64,000 nt of DNA from Dehalococcoidia bacterium (GTDB lineage: Bacteria > Chloroflexota > Dehalococcoidia > Lucifugimonadales > GCA-2712585): positions 1,765,524-1,829,523 of the forward strand of contig OZ250180.1 in NCBI GenBank assembly GCA_965238215.1. Direction: 5' to 3'. Both the position numbers and the translations under genes were made by a program. This document shows positions 45,136 to 54,613 of this stretch, piece after piece. Within the stretch, counting starts at the first letter, position 1; the number at the start of each line of letters is the position of its first letter. The notes beneath the pieces were generated by a model. The model was not told the DNA's origin. It searched no databases and saw nothing but the letters and a program-made list of their open reading frames with translations.

Positions 45136-46572
45136 CTATCTGATGGGACCCTTGAGAACCGCCGGGCTCAGCTTGCGCGGTATCAGTCGGCCGTGGCTCG
45201 TATCTCCCATGAACCGCCCGTCCTTCACCACAACCCTACCGCGCAGCGTCACTACCGTGGGCCAACCCTGCACCTCCCAGCCCTCCCACGGGTTATAGTC
45301 CCCCAGATGTAGGTCGTTCATCGAGAGGGTCTTCCGCGCGTTGGGGTCCATTACGACGATGTCTGCGTCGCTGCCCGCTGATATAGCGCCCTTCCGAGGG
45401 TAGAAGCCCAGGAGCTTGGCCGGGTTCGTGGAAGTGATGGCGGCGTATCGCTCCAAGGACATTCCTTGCTTTACCACCCCTTCCGAGTAGGCAACACCCA
45501 TGCGTATTTCAATGCCGATGTTGCCGCCCTGCACGTCCACCACCGTGCGACCCTTTGTCTTGTCGGCGTAGCTGGTGCCGATGGCGTCGGTTGCCAGGAT
45601 GTTCAGGTCTCCCCGTGTCAGCCCATCCCAGAGCCGCAGCCTATCCGTCTCCGACTTGGTGGAGGGGTAGGTGTGGTACTTCATGCCGTCATGTTCCTTG
45701 TAGTTCTCGGAGTTAAAGGAACAGTAGAGAAGAATAGTCTCACCGTCCACGGGGTGCCCCTTGGCCCTCGACTCGGCGATGGCGTCCACACCCTCGCTCG
45801 CGCTCGTGTGAACGATGTACATGGCGGCGCCGGTGTGCTCCGCAACTATTATGGCCCGACGGACCGCCAGGTCCTCCGATAGGTTTGAGCGAATCTTGGG
45901 CAGATAGTGCCAGGCCCACTCCTCCCGCTCCCGCGCCAGCTCGTAATTCCACTGGACCACTTCGTCGTCCTCGGCGTGAATGGCCACAATGCCGCCGTGC
46001 TTCGCCGCCTGCTCCATGACTGATACCAGCTGTCCGGTGCTTATCATCGTTATTGGCCGGTTGGGTCTGGGCGCGTGGTTGGTGGTGTAGACCTTGATGC
46101 TGGGAAAACCGGCGTCTATGAGTTCCCTGATCCGGGGGATATTTCGCGTCGTGGTGGAAGGGCCGTGAAAGCTGCAATGGAAGGAGTAGTCGATGTACAT
46201 CCGCCCCGGGAACAGATCAGCGTGGGTGTGCACCGCCTCCAGAACGTCGTCGCTACCGGGTTGAGTGGCTATGGCGAAGTCCATCATGGTGGTCGTGCCG
46301 CCCCACAGCGCTGCCAGCGACAGATCTTCCGGGCCCGCAGTGGTAGTGTCTCCCCAGATCCCATCCCGGTGGGGAAATCCCACGTGGGTGTGAGCCTCAA
46401 CGCCGCCCGGAACAACCAACTTGCCCGTTGCATCGATGATTTCGATGGCCTCGCTGCCCAGTGAGCCGGGCAATACTACGCCGACTATCTTTTCGCCTTG
46501 GACGGCCACGTCCCACTGGCCCACGCCGGTGGGAGTGACCACCTGTCCGCCTCGAATGAGCAGGTCTAGCAT
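45136..46572 (-). CDS. dihydropyrimidinase/D-hydantoinase
   Basis: PGGVEAHTHV HxH site, carboxylated-Lys block SIKVYT. 478 aa. Confidence 0.9.
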   Translation of the reverse strand: MLDLLIRGGQVVTPTGVGQWDVAVQGEKIVGVVLPGSLGSEAIEIIDATGKLVVPGGVEAHTHVGFPHRDGIWGDTTTAGPEDLSLAALWGGTTTMMDFAIATQPGSDDVLEAVHTHADLFPGRMYIDYSFHCSFHGPSTTTRNIPRIRELIDAGFPSIKVYTTNHAPRPNRPITMISTGQLVSVMEQAAKHGGIVAIHAEDDEVVQWNYELAREREEWAWHYLPKIRSNLSEDLAVRRAIIVAEHTGAAMYIVHTSASEGVDAIAESRAKGHPVDGETILLYCSFNSENYKEHDGMKYHTYPSTKSETDRLRLWDGLTRGDLNILATDAIGTSYADKTKGRTVVDVQGGNIGIEIRMGVAYSEGVVKQGMSLERYAAITSTNPAKLLGFYPRKGAISAGSDADIVVMDPNARKTLSMNDLHLGDYNPWEGWEVQGWPTVVTLRGRVVVKDGRFMGDTSHGRLIPRKLSPAVLKGPIR

Positions 46573-46634
46573 CGGCGCCTCCTAGCTTCCCGCAATCTGG
46601 GTGTCGCGCAACGGTGAGATACTGCGGGTACGGA

Positions 46635-47177
46635 CTAGAACTCTCCCGAAATGAAGCTGACGGCGATCTCCCGCCGCGCTTTCTCGTCGAAGCCCACACC
46701 GTCGGCAATCCTCAACCCAGTGTACACCATAACGTAGGTGCTGAAGTGCTCCTCCCGCACCTCCGCAGAGTCGGGAAAAATTGGCATGTAGCTGCCCACC
46801 GTGTCCAGCAGGTCCCGACGCAGAGCGGCGGTCCGCTTGGGCGAAAGAAGCCGCTCGTGCTCCTCGAATTCTCCGTTTCCGACGATAACGCTCTCCTGCC
46901 GCTCCAGGGCTACCCGCACGTTGGCGGTGAGAACCAACGACCCGCCGGACTGCTTGATATCCAATTCCAGCCGCCGCCGGTCCACGGGAACATAGTTGGC
47001 CAGAAGTAGGATGATGTGATTCCGTAAATCCAGCAGGGCGTCGGCGGTCATGGTAGTCCTGTCCTGCAGCATGACGGCCTTCAACCTATTGTGGGCATCC
47101 TGCCTGCTTGCCTTCCTCTTCTCGAAGACTTGCTTGACCATGACGCCCACGTTGTCCAGGGCCTTGGGCCGCTTCAT
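46635..47177 (-). CDS. minE: MinE with an extra ~88-aa C-terminal domain
   Basis: VKQVFEKRKASRQDAHNRLKAVMLQDR...LLDLRNHIILLLANYVPVDRRRLELDIKQSGGSLVLTANVRV aligns with full-length MinE. The ORF continues another ~88 aa. The ORF opens at 47336 (65-nt overlap with minD); ATG 47177 was preferred. Confidence 0.7.
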   Translation of the reverse strand: MKRPKALDNVGVMVKQVFEKRKASRQDAHNRLKAVMLQDRTTMTADALLDLRNHIILLLANYVPVDRRRLELDIKQSGGSLVLTANVRVALERQESVIVGNGEFEEHERLLSPKRTAALRRDLLDTVGSYMPIFPDSAEVREEHFSTYVMVYTGLRIADGVGFDEKARREIAVSFISGEF

Positions 47178-47271
47178 CTTCTCACGCAGTTCGGCTATGG
47201 AGGGAGCTTTCTTGGCTATCTCCTTCAGGCCGTCGACGGCGGGCGGCTTCTTGACCAGGTCTTTTAGGGCT

Positions 47272-48090
47272 TCAAACCTTGGCGCCCACTGGTCTCTTGA
47301 ACCCCACCATCCTTTTGATCCACGTGAAGATGCCATAGCTTACCTCCAGCTTTAGCATGGGAACGTCCTCTCCTTCTATCCGGGCCGCCACACGGCGGAA
47401 GGCCTCTCCGGCGCTGGAGCGACTGTCATGTACTGCGGGCACACCCCGGTTGCCTGAAACCACTATCTGTTCGTCTTCCGGTATGATGCCTAGGAGAGGA
47501 ACGGAGAGGAGGTCCAGAATGTCTTCGGTAGTCATCATGTCGCCGCGGCGTACCATGCCGGGGCGCACTCGGTTGATAATCAGTTCGGGCTTCGTAAGGC
47601 CGGCGGCCTCGATGAACCCGATTACACGGTCGGCGTCGCGGATGGCCGCCACGTCCGGCGTGGTGACTACGATGGCCCTGTCCGCGGCGACCATGGCGTT
47701 CCTGAATCCCTGCTCGATGCCGGCGGGGGAGTCGATAAAAATGTAGTCGAAATCTTCCTTCAGCTTGTCGCAGAGTTCCTTCACCTGCTCGCCCGTTACC
47801 GCATTTTTGTCCCGGGTTTGGGCAGCGGGAATCACGTATAGATTCTCTGTCAGCTTGTCTCTAATCATCGCTTGTTGGGTTTGGCATACGCCCTCTATGA
47901 CCTGCACCAGGTCGTAGATTATGCGATTCTCCAAGCCCATTATGACGTCCAGGTTTCTCAGGCCGATGTCTGCGTCGATGAGAACAACCCTCTTGCCCCG
48001 GAGGGATAGGGCCGAACCCACGTTGGCTGTGGCCGTGGTCTTGCCCACACCGCCCTTGCCTGAGTTTACAACGTATACCTGACCTTGCAT
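47272..48090 (-). CDS. minD: septum site-determining ATPase MinD
   Basis: Deviant Walker A GKGGVGKTT and a C-terminal amphipathic helix. Confidence 0.95.
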   Translation of the reverse strand: MQGQVYVVNSGKGGVGKTTATANVGSALSLRGKRVVLIDADIGLRNLDVIMGLENRIIYDLVQVIEGVCQTQQAMIRDKLTENLYVIPAAQTRDKNAVTGEQVKELCDKLKEDFDYIFIDSPAGIEQGFRNAMVAADRAIVVTTPDVAAIRDADRVIGFIEAAGLTKPELIINRVRPGMVRRGDMMTTEDILDLLSVPLLGIIPEDEQIVVSGNRGVPAVHDSRSSAGEAFRRVAARIEGEDVPMLKLEVSYGIFTWIKRMVGFKRPVGAKV

Positions 48091-48455
48091 GGCTATTCTC
48101 CTTCCTCAATTGAGCCCGCGTACGGAAGAGCCGCGACAAATGCCTTCATCCACCGGACAGATCACCCTTGAGCGCGTGCGATACTGTATCCAGCCGTCCC
48201 GGTGGACGGCGAGATTGGCGGCGCAACGTTCATGGTTGCCATCGGACTCCCGGCGATTTATTGGGGGTTTGGAAGCGGGCCACCTTGCTTCGGAACATTC
48301 CCCAATCTCAATCCGTACGTTTGGTTGAATTCCCTTTTTTCCCGTCTGCTCATCGAGCCAAGAGGCAAACCCTCTCGTCGGCAACTTCCGCCACCCTTCT
48401 CCCCCTTTTGGGGGGCCAACTTCGGAGAGGTTTCGTCCTCTTGACGCTATGGTAA

Positions 48456-48486
48456 ATTATCGTGAATTCATGCCCATTATTGTCAA
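48456..48486 (-). promoter_or_regulatory. candidate promoter far upstream of minD
   Basis: On the minus strand: TTGACA (48486-48481), 19-nt spacer, GATAAT (48461-48456). This would give a ~355-nt leader. Confidence 0.25.
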
Positions 48487-48663
48487 TAAGAACTGGTACG
48501 ACTTGCGACCAATATCTCATTCGGATTACTAGAAAAACAGGCGAAATTATTGCCAGCCAGAGGCCGTCAGTGGTAGTTTAGCGCACCGGATAGTCGAGGC
48601 TTAGCGCCAATAAGAAGAAACGCGGCGGCTATGGATGTGTGATACGCAGGGTCGGCAGAATCG

Positions 48664-49578
48664 TCAGAACAACCGGCGCCTTAACCGCGCCGCTTTCAGC
48701 GACAGCCGAGACCGGGGCCGCAGGTGTTCTGTCACGTATCTGGCCATCTCCGGCCCGCCGAACACCCACGATGCCCGCAACCCCTTCAACCCCTCGGCGT
48801 CCGGTTCACCGCCCTCGGGCGTCGTGAACCTTCGGAAGGCATCCCAACTCTTGCCGCCTCGCTGACGGTAGAGAGCGGCGCCCCCGGCTTCTGTTACCAG
48901 CGTTATTCCGCCGGCCACGTCCCACACCCACGGGCTGGTGAAGATGGCGTACTGGATGACCCCGCTGGCGGTCATGGCCAACTCGTAGGCCACGCTGCCG
49001 GGGCTTCTAAGTTCGCCGATGCGACCCTTCAGCCCTTTCTTCTGGTGGTAGAGGGCAGCAAAGGAGCCTGGAAACACTGTTATCCTCCCCCGTTGAGGTC
49101 TGGAAGCCGCGTACACCCCTATGGCCTTCCCGTCTTGAAAGGCGCCGTTCCCCCTCCGTGCGTGGTACACGCTGCCGTCGCTGCGCGTGGGCGATGGGGT
49201 GAATATGCAGCCAAGAACCGGCTCTCCCTTGTACAACACTCCTACCGAAACACCGAACACGGGAAGGCCGTTCAGGTAATTGACCGTGCCGTCCAAAGGG
49301 TCCAACACCCAGATGAAGTCCGACGACTCCGAGTCCACCTGCGAACCCTCCTCTGCCAGCACGCCGTGGTCGGGATACTCCTTGAGAATGGCTTCACGGA
49401 GGAATTCCTCGCTGCGACGGTCGGCGTCGGTAACGGGGTTGGTGTTGCCCTTGGACTTATACTCGACTACGAGGGGCTTACGGAACTGTTCCAGCAGAAT
49501 GCTTCCTGCCCGGCGGGTAATATCCACGGCAAAGGATTCCATCCCCGAAAGCTGCCGGTCTAGGATTTTGTCACTCAT
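48664..49578 (-). CDS. inositol monophosphatase family protein
   Basis: WVLDPLDGTVNY and WDVAGG motifs. Confidence 0.9.
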   Translation of the reverse strand: MSDKILDRQLSGMESFAVDITRRAGSILLEQFRKPLVVEYKSKGNTNPVTDADRRSEEFLREAILKEYPDHGVLAEEGSQVDSESSDFIWVLDPLDGTVNYLNGLPVFGVSVGVLYKGEPVLGCIFTPSPTRSDGSVYHARRGNGAFQDGKAIGVYAASRPQRGRITVFPGSFAALYHQKKGLKGRIGELRSPGSVAYELAMTASGVIQYAIFTSPWVWDVAGGITLVTEAGGAALYRQRGGKSWDAFRRFTTPEGGEPDAEGLKGLRASWVFGGPEMARYVTEHLRPRSRLSLKAARLRRRLF

Positions 49579-49605
49579 TCCGGTGGTCGCGGCGGCGGGG
49601 CGCCG

Positions 49606-50505
49606 TCACCCAATCACTGAAGGCTGCAACTCTCCGATGAGCTGCATCAACTCGTCCCGGGTCGTCTCGTCGATGGGGCCGGCGGGATGCCGCACTTGAG
49701 CCGTGGCAATAAGGCCTCGATGCTTCACCGCCTCCTTGCGAATGCTCAGGTTTATCCCCTCCTGGTTTTCAAAGAGAATCAGCGGCAGGAACTTGTTGAA
49801 CATCTCCATCGCCCGTTGGTGGTCTCCTTCAAAGTAGAGGTTTATGACTTCCACCAGCGCCTCCGGATAAGCGAAGCCTGTCATCGCGCCGATGCCTCCC
49901 CTGCGCAACTCGTCCAGCAGCATCACGCCCCCCAGTCCCCCAAAGATCCCCAACCGGTCACCCGTGATCCGCCGAATGTTGGTTATCTTGTTGGGCGTGG
50001 GCGGGTCCTCCAGCTTCAGGTACCGGAAGGAGGGTATGGCCTCCGCCAACTCTGCCACGAATTGGGGCGACATGTGCACTCCCGACGCCTGCGGGAAGTC
50101 CTGCACCACCAACGGTATCTCTATGGAGTCTGCGATGCGTTGGTAGAAGGCGGTCACTGCGGCGGGGTTGGGCTTTGCCAAGGGGGGCGGCGACACCATT
50201 ACCGCAGCGGCGCCCATCCGCTCGGCTTCCCTGGCCCGCTCCACCGCGGCGTAGGTGCTGGCCGCCGTGGTTCCCACCGTCACCTTCAAACTTCCGGCGG
50301 CCTCCATCACCCGCTCCAAAATAGCCGGCCGCTCATGGTCCAGCAGCCGGCGCCACTCCCCCATTTCGCCCAGAACCACCACCCCCACGCAGCCCGTGGT
50401 TGCGGCCTTCTCCACCACCGGGCCAACGGAGTCCAGGTCCAATTCCTCGTTCTCGAAGAAGGGCGTAACCAGCATCCAGTGCATACCGCCGAAGGGGTCC
50501 GTCAT
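49606..50505 (-). CDS. dihydrodipicolinate synthase/N-acetylneuraminate lyase family protein
   Basis: TPF...D.......V......G..G....G..GE pattern. 299 aa. Confidence 0.8.
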   Translation of the reverse strand: MTDPFGGMHWMLVTPFFENEELDLDSVGPVVEKAATTGCVGVVVLGEMGEWRRLLDHERPAILERVMEAAGSLKVTVGTTAASTYAAVERAREAERMGAAAVMVSPPPLAKPNPAAVTAFYQRIADSIEIPLVVQDFPQASGVHMSPQFVAELAEAIPSFRYLKLEDPPTPNKITNIRRITGDRLGIFGGLGGVMLLDELRRGGIGAMTGFAYPEALVEVINLYFEGDHQRAMEMFNKFLPLILFENQEGINLSIRKEAVKHRGLIATAQVRHPAGPIDETTRDELMQLIGELQPSVIG

Positions 50506-50619
50506 ATTCTTTCTCCTAGCTGATAATCTACGGCAGTCGCAGATAGATACCCATCAGACGCACTTGCCGTATAATCTAGACAATCTCCCTAGCTGCAAAT
50601 CTGCGGCAATCGCCTAGGC

Positions 50620-51249
50620 CTAGCCGCCTACGAAAAGCGCTGCGTTGGAAGAGGACGAATCCCGGCTGGAGAGCAGCACCACTCCCTCGGCCACCTCCTC
50701 CGCATTCGAGGAACCGGCTTCTAGCCGAGACACCACCACGCCGGAGCCGCTGACCTCCCGCCCCAGAGCGCTGGTGAAGCCGCCAAGGGCCTGTTCTGCT
50801 GCGCCGCCCGCCGTTCCCGGCCCGAAGGGCGACACTATGGAAATAACGTGGCCTTGCCCGCGCTCCTTCATTCCCGGCACAACGGCCTTGCTGAAAATGA
50901 AAGCGGCCTTCGCCTTGCTGATAGCCGCCTGCTCCCACTCGCCCACGTCGGCATCCTCCAGGGACTTGTCCAGAGTCAGCCCGGAAGCGTTCACCAGGAT
51001 GTCCACCGGCCCCAGAATCGCCTCCACGTTAGAGAGAATGTGCCTCACGTCCGATTCGTCCAGCAAGTCCCCACGGACGGGCAATGCGTCGCCGCCAAAG
51101 GTTTCCACAGTCCTGAGCACCCTCTCCTGAACGCCGGCCGCCCCTTCCACTGCCACTTTCGCCCCTGCCCGCGCCAGGGCCACCGCTACCTCACTCCCCG
51201 GCTCCTCGCTTGCTCCCGTTATCAGTGCCACTTTGCCTTGTAGAGACAT
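50620..51249 (-). CDS. SDR-like protein lacking the catalytic Tyr/Lys
   Basis: GKVALITGAS and NASG are present, but the YxxxK region reads [22 protein letters not shown] before ATG 51249. Confidence 0.6.
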   Translation of the reverse strand: MSLQGKVALITGASEEPGSEVAVALARAGAKVAVEGAAGVQERVLRTVETFGGDALPVRGDLLDESDVRHILSNVEAILGPVDILVNASGLTLDKSLEDADVGEWEQAAISKAKAAFIFSKAVVPGMKERGQGHVISIVSPFGPGTAGGAAEQALGGFTSALGREVSGSGVVVSRLEAGSSNAEEVAEGVVLLSSRDSSSSNAALFVGG

Positions 51250-51365
51250 CTCTCCCCCTTGCTTGCTGTAATTTAGGTTCCGGTCCGAAAGACCGCGAGC
51301 CTTTTCTGTTTTGCTGTTCAGATATCCGAGTTCGCTAGTGCCGTGAGATGGGTCGTTGCTCTCAA

Positions 51366-53024
51366 TCACCAGCCTACGGCGCATCCGTCCTTTCTCGGGT
51401 CCGACCCTCCGGTCAAGACGTCCGATTCCGGGTCTCGCTGGATTATCTGGCCCCCACCGAACAATACGCCAGCGCCTCCGCTGTTCGGCGTGATGCGGTG
51501 TCCTATGGCCCGCAGCCCGTCGATAACCTCTTGCGGAACGTCCCGTTCCAGTGTAGTGGTGCCGTCCAGGTTCACGTTGAACCTACGCGCGTCTAGAGCC
51601 CCTTGCGGGTCTAGACCGAAGTCGACCATGTTTGCCATTACCTGCAGATGTCCTTGGGCCTGGTGGAAGCCGCCCATAACGCCGTAGCTGAGCCAAAGGT
51701 CTCCGCCGCGAGTAGCCAGGCCGGGAATGATGGTATGGAAGGGTCGCTTCCCCGGCGCTAGGGCGTTGGGATGATCGGGGTCCAGGAAAAAGTTGCTGCC
51801 CCGGTTCTGAAGGGCGATGCCGGTGCCGGGAGCCACCAGCCCGGTGCCAAATCCGTGAAATAGGCTGTTGATCAGGGAGCAGCCATTGCCCTGTCCGTCG
51901 ACGCAGGTGACGTAAACAGTATCTGAGCCGCCCAGGCTGGAATCGTAGGGCGCTTCCGCCATGGCGCGGTTCGGTGAAATAAGGGCACGGCGTCCCGCGG
52001 CGCGTTCCTTGGAAAGCATGCCGCCGATGGGCACCTCCACGCTGCGGGGGTCCGCCACGTACCGGAAGCCATCGGCGAAGGCCAGCCGCATAGACTCGAT
52101 GAGGTGATGGTAGGTTGCCACCGACTGGAACCCCATGCCTGGTAAGTCGAATCCCTCGGCAATGTTCAGGGCCATGAGGGCGTTGATGCCCTGGCCGTTG
52201 GGCGGGCACTCCCAGCAGGTAACGTCCCGGTAGGTCGTGCTTATGGGTTCATCCCACGTGGATACATGACTGGCAAAGTCTTCTTCGGCTAGCCAGCCCC
52301 CCCGCTCCTGGACGTACGCGGATATGCGGCGGGCCGGTTCTCCCAGGTAAAAGGCGTCTCTTCCCCCTTCAGCGATGGCAGCCAGAGAGCAACCCAGCTC
52401 GGTCAGGCGGATGACCTCTCCCGTCCGGGGCGCTCGACCGTCGAGCAGAAGCTCGCTACCGGAGGGATATCGGGTTAGCTTGGGCAGTCCGGCGGCGAAT
52501 GCAGATGCAATGATCGGCGACACGGGATACCCAGTCATTGCGTACTGAATAGCCGGGGCCAGCACATCCGATAGAGGCATAACCCCGCACTCTTCAATGA
52601 GGGTGTGCCAGCCGTCCACGCAACCGGGAACGGTGACGGCGTAGGATGAAAGGGTGGGGATGTAGGTATATCCCTGGCTGTGAAGCTCCTCCAAGTTGGC
52701 GGCGGCGGGAGCGCGGCCGCTGGCGTTCAGCGCCCGTATGCTCTTGTCTGAGGCGTTCCACACCAGCGCGAACAGGTCGCCCCCGATGCCCGTGGACATG
52801 GGTTCCACCACGTTCAAGGCCGCCGCCGCCGCCACTGCCCCGTCTACGGCGTTGCCGCCCTTCATCAGCATCTGAAGGCCCGCCATGGCCGCCAGCGGCT
52901 GGCTGGTGGCCACCATTCCGTGGGTGGCGAGGGCTGGAGAGCGGCGTGAGTTGAACTGCAAAGGCTCTATCCTCCGAGGACTGCGTTGTTGGGCAGACGA
53001 CTTGGCTTCTGCGTCAATCTCCAA
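51366..53024 (-). CDS. ggt: gamma-glutamyltransferase
   Basis: Autoprocessing-site region GGSDTVYV plus PGKRPFHTI and SDPRKDG motifs. Confidence 0.9.
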   Translation of the reverse strand: MEIDAEAKSSAQQRSPRRIEPLQFNSRRSPALATHGMVATSQPLAAMAGLQMLMKGGNAVDGAVAAAAALNVVEPMSTGIGGDLFALVWNASDKSIRALNASGRAPAAANLEELHSQGYTYIPTLSSYAVTVPGCVDGWHTLIEECGVMPLSDVLAPAIQYAMTGYPVSPIIASAFAAGLPKLTRYPSGSELLLDGRAPRTGEVIRLTELGCSLAAIAEGGRDAFYLGEPARRISAYVQERGGWLAEEDFASHVSTWDEPISTTYRDVTCWECPPNGQGINALMALNIAEGFDLPGMGFQSVATYHHLIESMRLAFADGFRYVADPRSVEVPIGGMLSKERAAGRRALISPNRAMAEAPYDSSLGGSDTVYVTCVDGQGNGCSLINSLFHGFGTGLVAPGTGIALQNRGSNFFLDPDHPNALAPGKRPFHTIIPGLATRGGDLWLSYGVMGGFHQAQGHLQVMANMVDFGLDPQGALDARRFNVNLDGTTTLERDVPQEVIDGLRAIGHRITPNSGGAGVLFGGGQIIQRDPESDVLTGGSDPRKDGCAVGW

Positions 53025-53091
53025 GACGCGCCGCGCCGCTACAGATTATGACATAGCCCCCCAAGTAAGGAAAGACCGCCCACGGGTTGAC

Positions 53092-53457
53092 TTAAGTGGT
53101 CGCTCCCAACAGCCCCTCAACCATGTCCACAAACTCCTCGACTTCTCGGAGCCGGTCGTTGACAAAATCCACGGAATAGCCGTTCTCATAAAAGTTCACG
53201 TGCAAGAGGTTAGCTCCACTGAATAGGGACCCCAACTTTGGGTCAGAGGTCTCGCGGTACAACCTGTCGACACCGCGGTGTAAGGCATAGTGGCTGTTGT
53301 GTTCCCATCCCCGGTTCTCCGCAATGGCCTTGACCATTTGGGCCGCTGCACCCCAGCCCTTTTCGGAAGCCTGGGCCAAGTCGTCCTTCGCGAGCTCTTC
53401 ATACGCCTGAGCCAGAAACACCCGGCTCTGCTCTCTGTATGTGGTAGTTCGTTGCAC
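53092..53457 (-). CDS. PaREP1/HEPN-like helical protein, copy A
   Basis: YREQSRVFLAQAYEEL...ASEKGWGAAAQMVKAIA..RGWEHNSH...LHVNFYEN pattern. GTG start. Confidence 0.6.
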   Translation of the reverse strand: MQRTTTYREQSRVFLAQAYEELAKDDLAQASEKGWGAAAQMVKAIAENRGWEHNSHYALHRGVDRLYRETSDPKLGSLFSGANLLHVNFYENGYSVDFVNDRLREVEEFVDMVEGLLGATT

Positions 53458-53503
53458 TATTTGTGCCTTCCGATCAATCAGTATCAGCGATATCGCAGCA
53501 ACA

Positions 53504-53533
53504 AATGTACGCTCTTAGAACCTTCTACGTCAA
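53504..53533 (-). promoter_or_regulatory. candidate promoter of copy A
   Basis: Minus strand: TTGACG, 18 nt, TACATT. The same architecture precedes copies B and C. Confidence 0.4.
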
Positions 53534-53626
53534 CAGGCCGCGCTCGTTTCATGCCATTGGGATAGTGTCGTTGGCCTATGGAAGTCTGCGCGCCATGCAT
53601 GAGCTGGTTCTTGGAATATCCCTGTC

Positions 53627-54004
53627 CTAATGTTGTAGCGTCGCTCCCAACAGCCCCTCGGCCTTGTCCACGAATCGCTCAACCTGCCGGAGGTTATTAC
53701 CAATGGTATCGCTCGTGTATGCGTTCTCGTAGAAATTGACGTGAAGGGAACTGCCGCCGTTGAAAAGATTCGCCAACTCCGCGTCGCCGGTCTCCTGGTG
53801 CAGCAAGTCAAGCGCTCGATAGATATCCCTATTACTATGATGAGACCATCCTCGCTTCTGGGCGATAGCCTTGAGCATCTGGGCTGTTGCGCCCCACCCT
53901 TTCTCGGATGCCTGGACAAAGTCGCCCTTGGCAAACTCTTCGTACGCTTGGGCCAGCAGCACCCGGCTCTGCTCTCTGTAGGTAGTAGTTCGTTGCAATT
54001 TCAA
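53627..54004 (-). CDS. PaREP1/HEPN-like helical protein, copy B
   Basis: 125 aa. About 65% identical to copy A by eye and ~90% to copy C. Confidence 0.6.
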   Translation of the reverse strand: MKLQRTTTYREQSRVLLAQAYEEFAKGDFVQASEKGWGATAQMLKAIAQKRGWSHHSNRDIYRALDLLHQETGDAELANLFNGGSSLHVNFYENAYTSDTIGNNLRQVERFVDKAEGLLGATLQH

Positions 54005-54044
54005 CGCCTTTCGCCTGGCTAGAAATGCCGGCTCCGTTGCAACA

Positions 54045-54074
54045 AATGTACGCCCCCAACAGCCCCTGCGTCAA
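54045..54074 (-). promoter_or_regulatory. candidate promoter of copy B
   Basis: Minus strand: TTGACG, 18 nt, TACATT. Confidence 0.4.
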
Positions 54075-54167
54075 CAAGTTGTATTCGTTTCATGCCAATG
54101 CGGTAGCGTCCTGGATCCGAAGGAAATCTATGCGCGATGTGGAGCAGGCTCTAGGTAAACCGCTGGC

Positions 54168-54544
54168 CTAGGCTTGGGGCGTAGCGCCCAACAGTCCCTC
54201 GGCCCTGTCTACGAATCGTTCAACGTCCCGAAGGTGGTCCTCCACAGTATCCCCAGTGTAGGCATTCTCGTAGAAGTTGACGTGAAGGGTGCTGCCCGCT
54301 CGAAATAAGGTCGCCAACTCCGCGTCGCCGGTTTCCTGGTGCAGCAAGTCAAGCGCTCGATAGATATCCCTATTACTATGATGAGACCATCCTCGCTCTT
54401 GGGCGATAGCCTTGAGCATCTGGGCTGTTGCGCCCACCCTTTCTCGGATGCCTGGACAAAGTCGCCCTTGGCAAACTCTTCGTACGCCTGGGCCAGCAGC
54501 ACCCGGCTCTGCACTCTGTAGGTAGTAGTTCGTTGCAATTTCAA
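54168..54544 (-). pseudogene. PaREP1/HEPN-like copy C, frameshifted
   Basis: ORFs 54209..54544 and 54168..54437 together equal copy B. A CCCC run in copy B (53891-53894) is CCC here (54433-54435). Confidence 0.6.
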
Positions 54545-54584
54545 CGCCTTTCGTCCGGTGAGAAACGCCGGTCTATTAACAACA

Positions 54585-54613
54585 AATGTACGCCCTCAGT
54601 CTCCCCCCGTCGA
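54585..54613 (-). promoter_or_regulatory. candidate promoter of copy C
   Basis: Minus strand: TCGACG, 17 nt, TACATT. Confidence 0.35.

Noticed and set aside
48106-48384. 92-aa ORF directly upstream of minD as a divergent MinC
   Set aside because: There is no similarity to the MinC C-terminal beta-helix pattern. Third-position composition is mixed, unlike neighbouring genes, and it has a TTG start without a convincing SD. It is kept only as a question in the findings.
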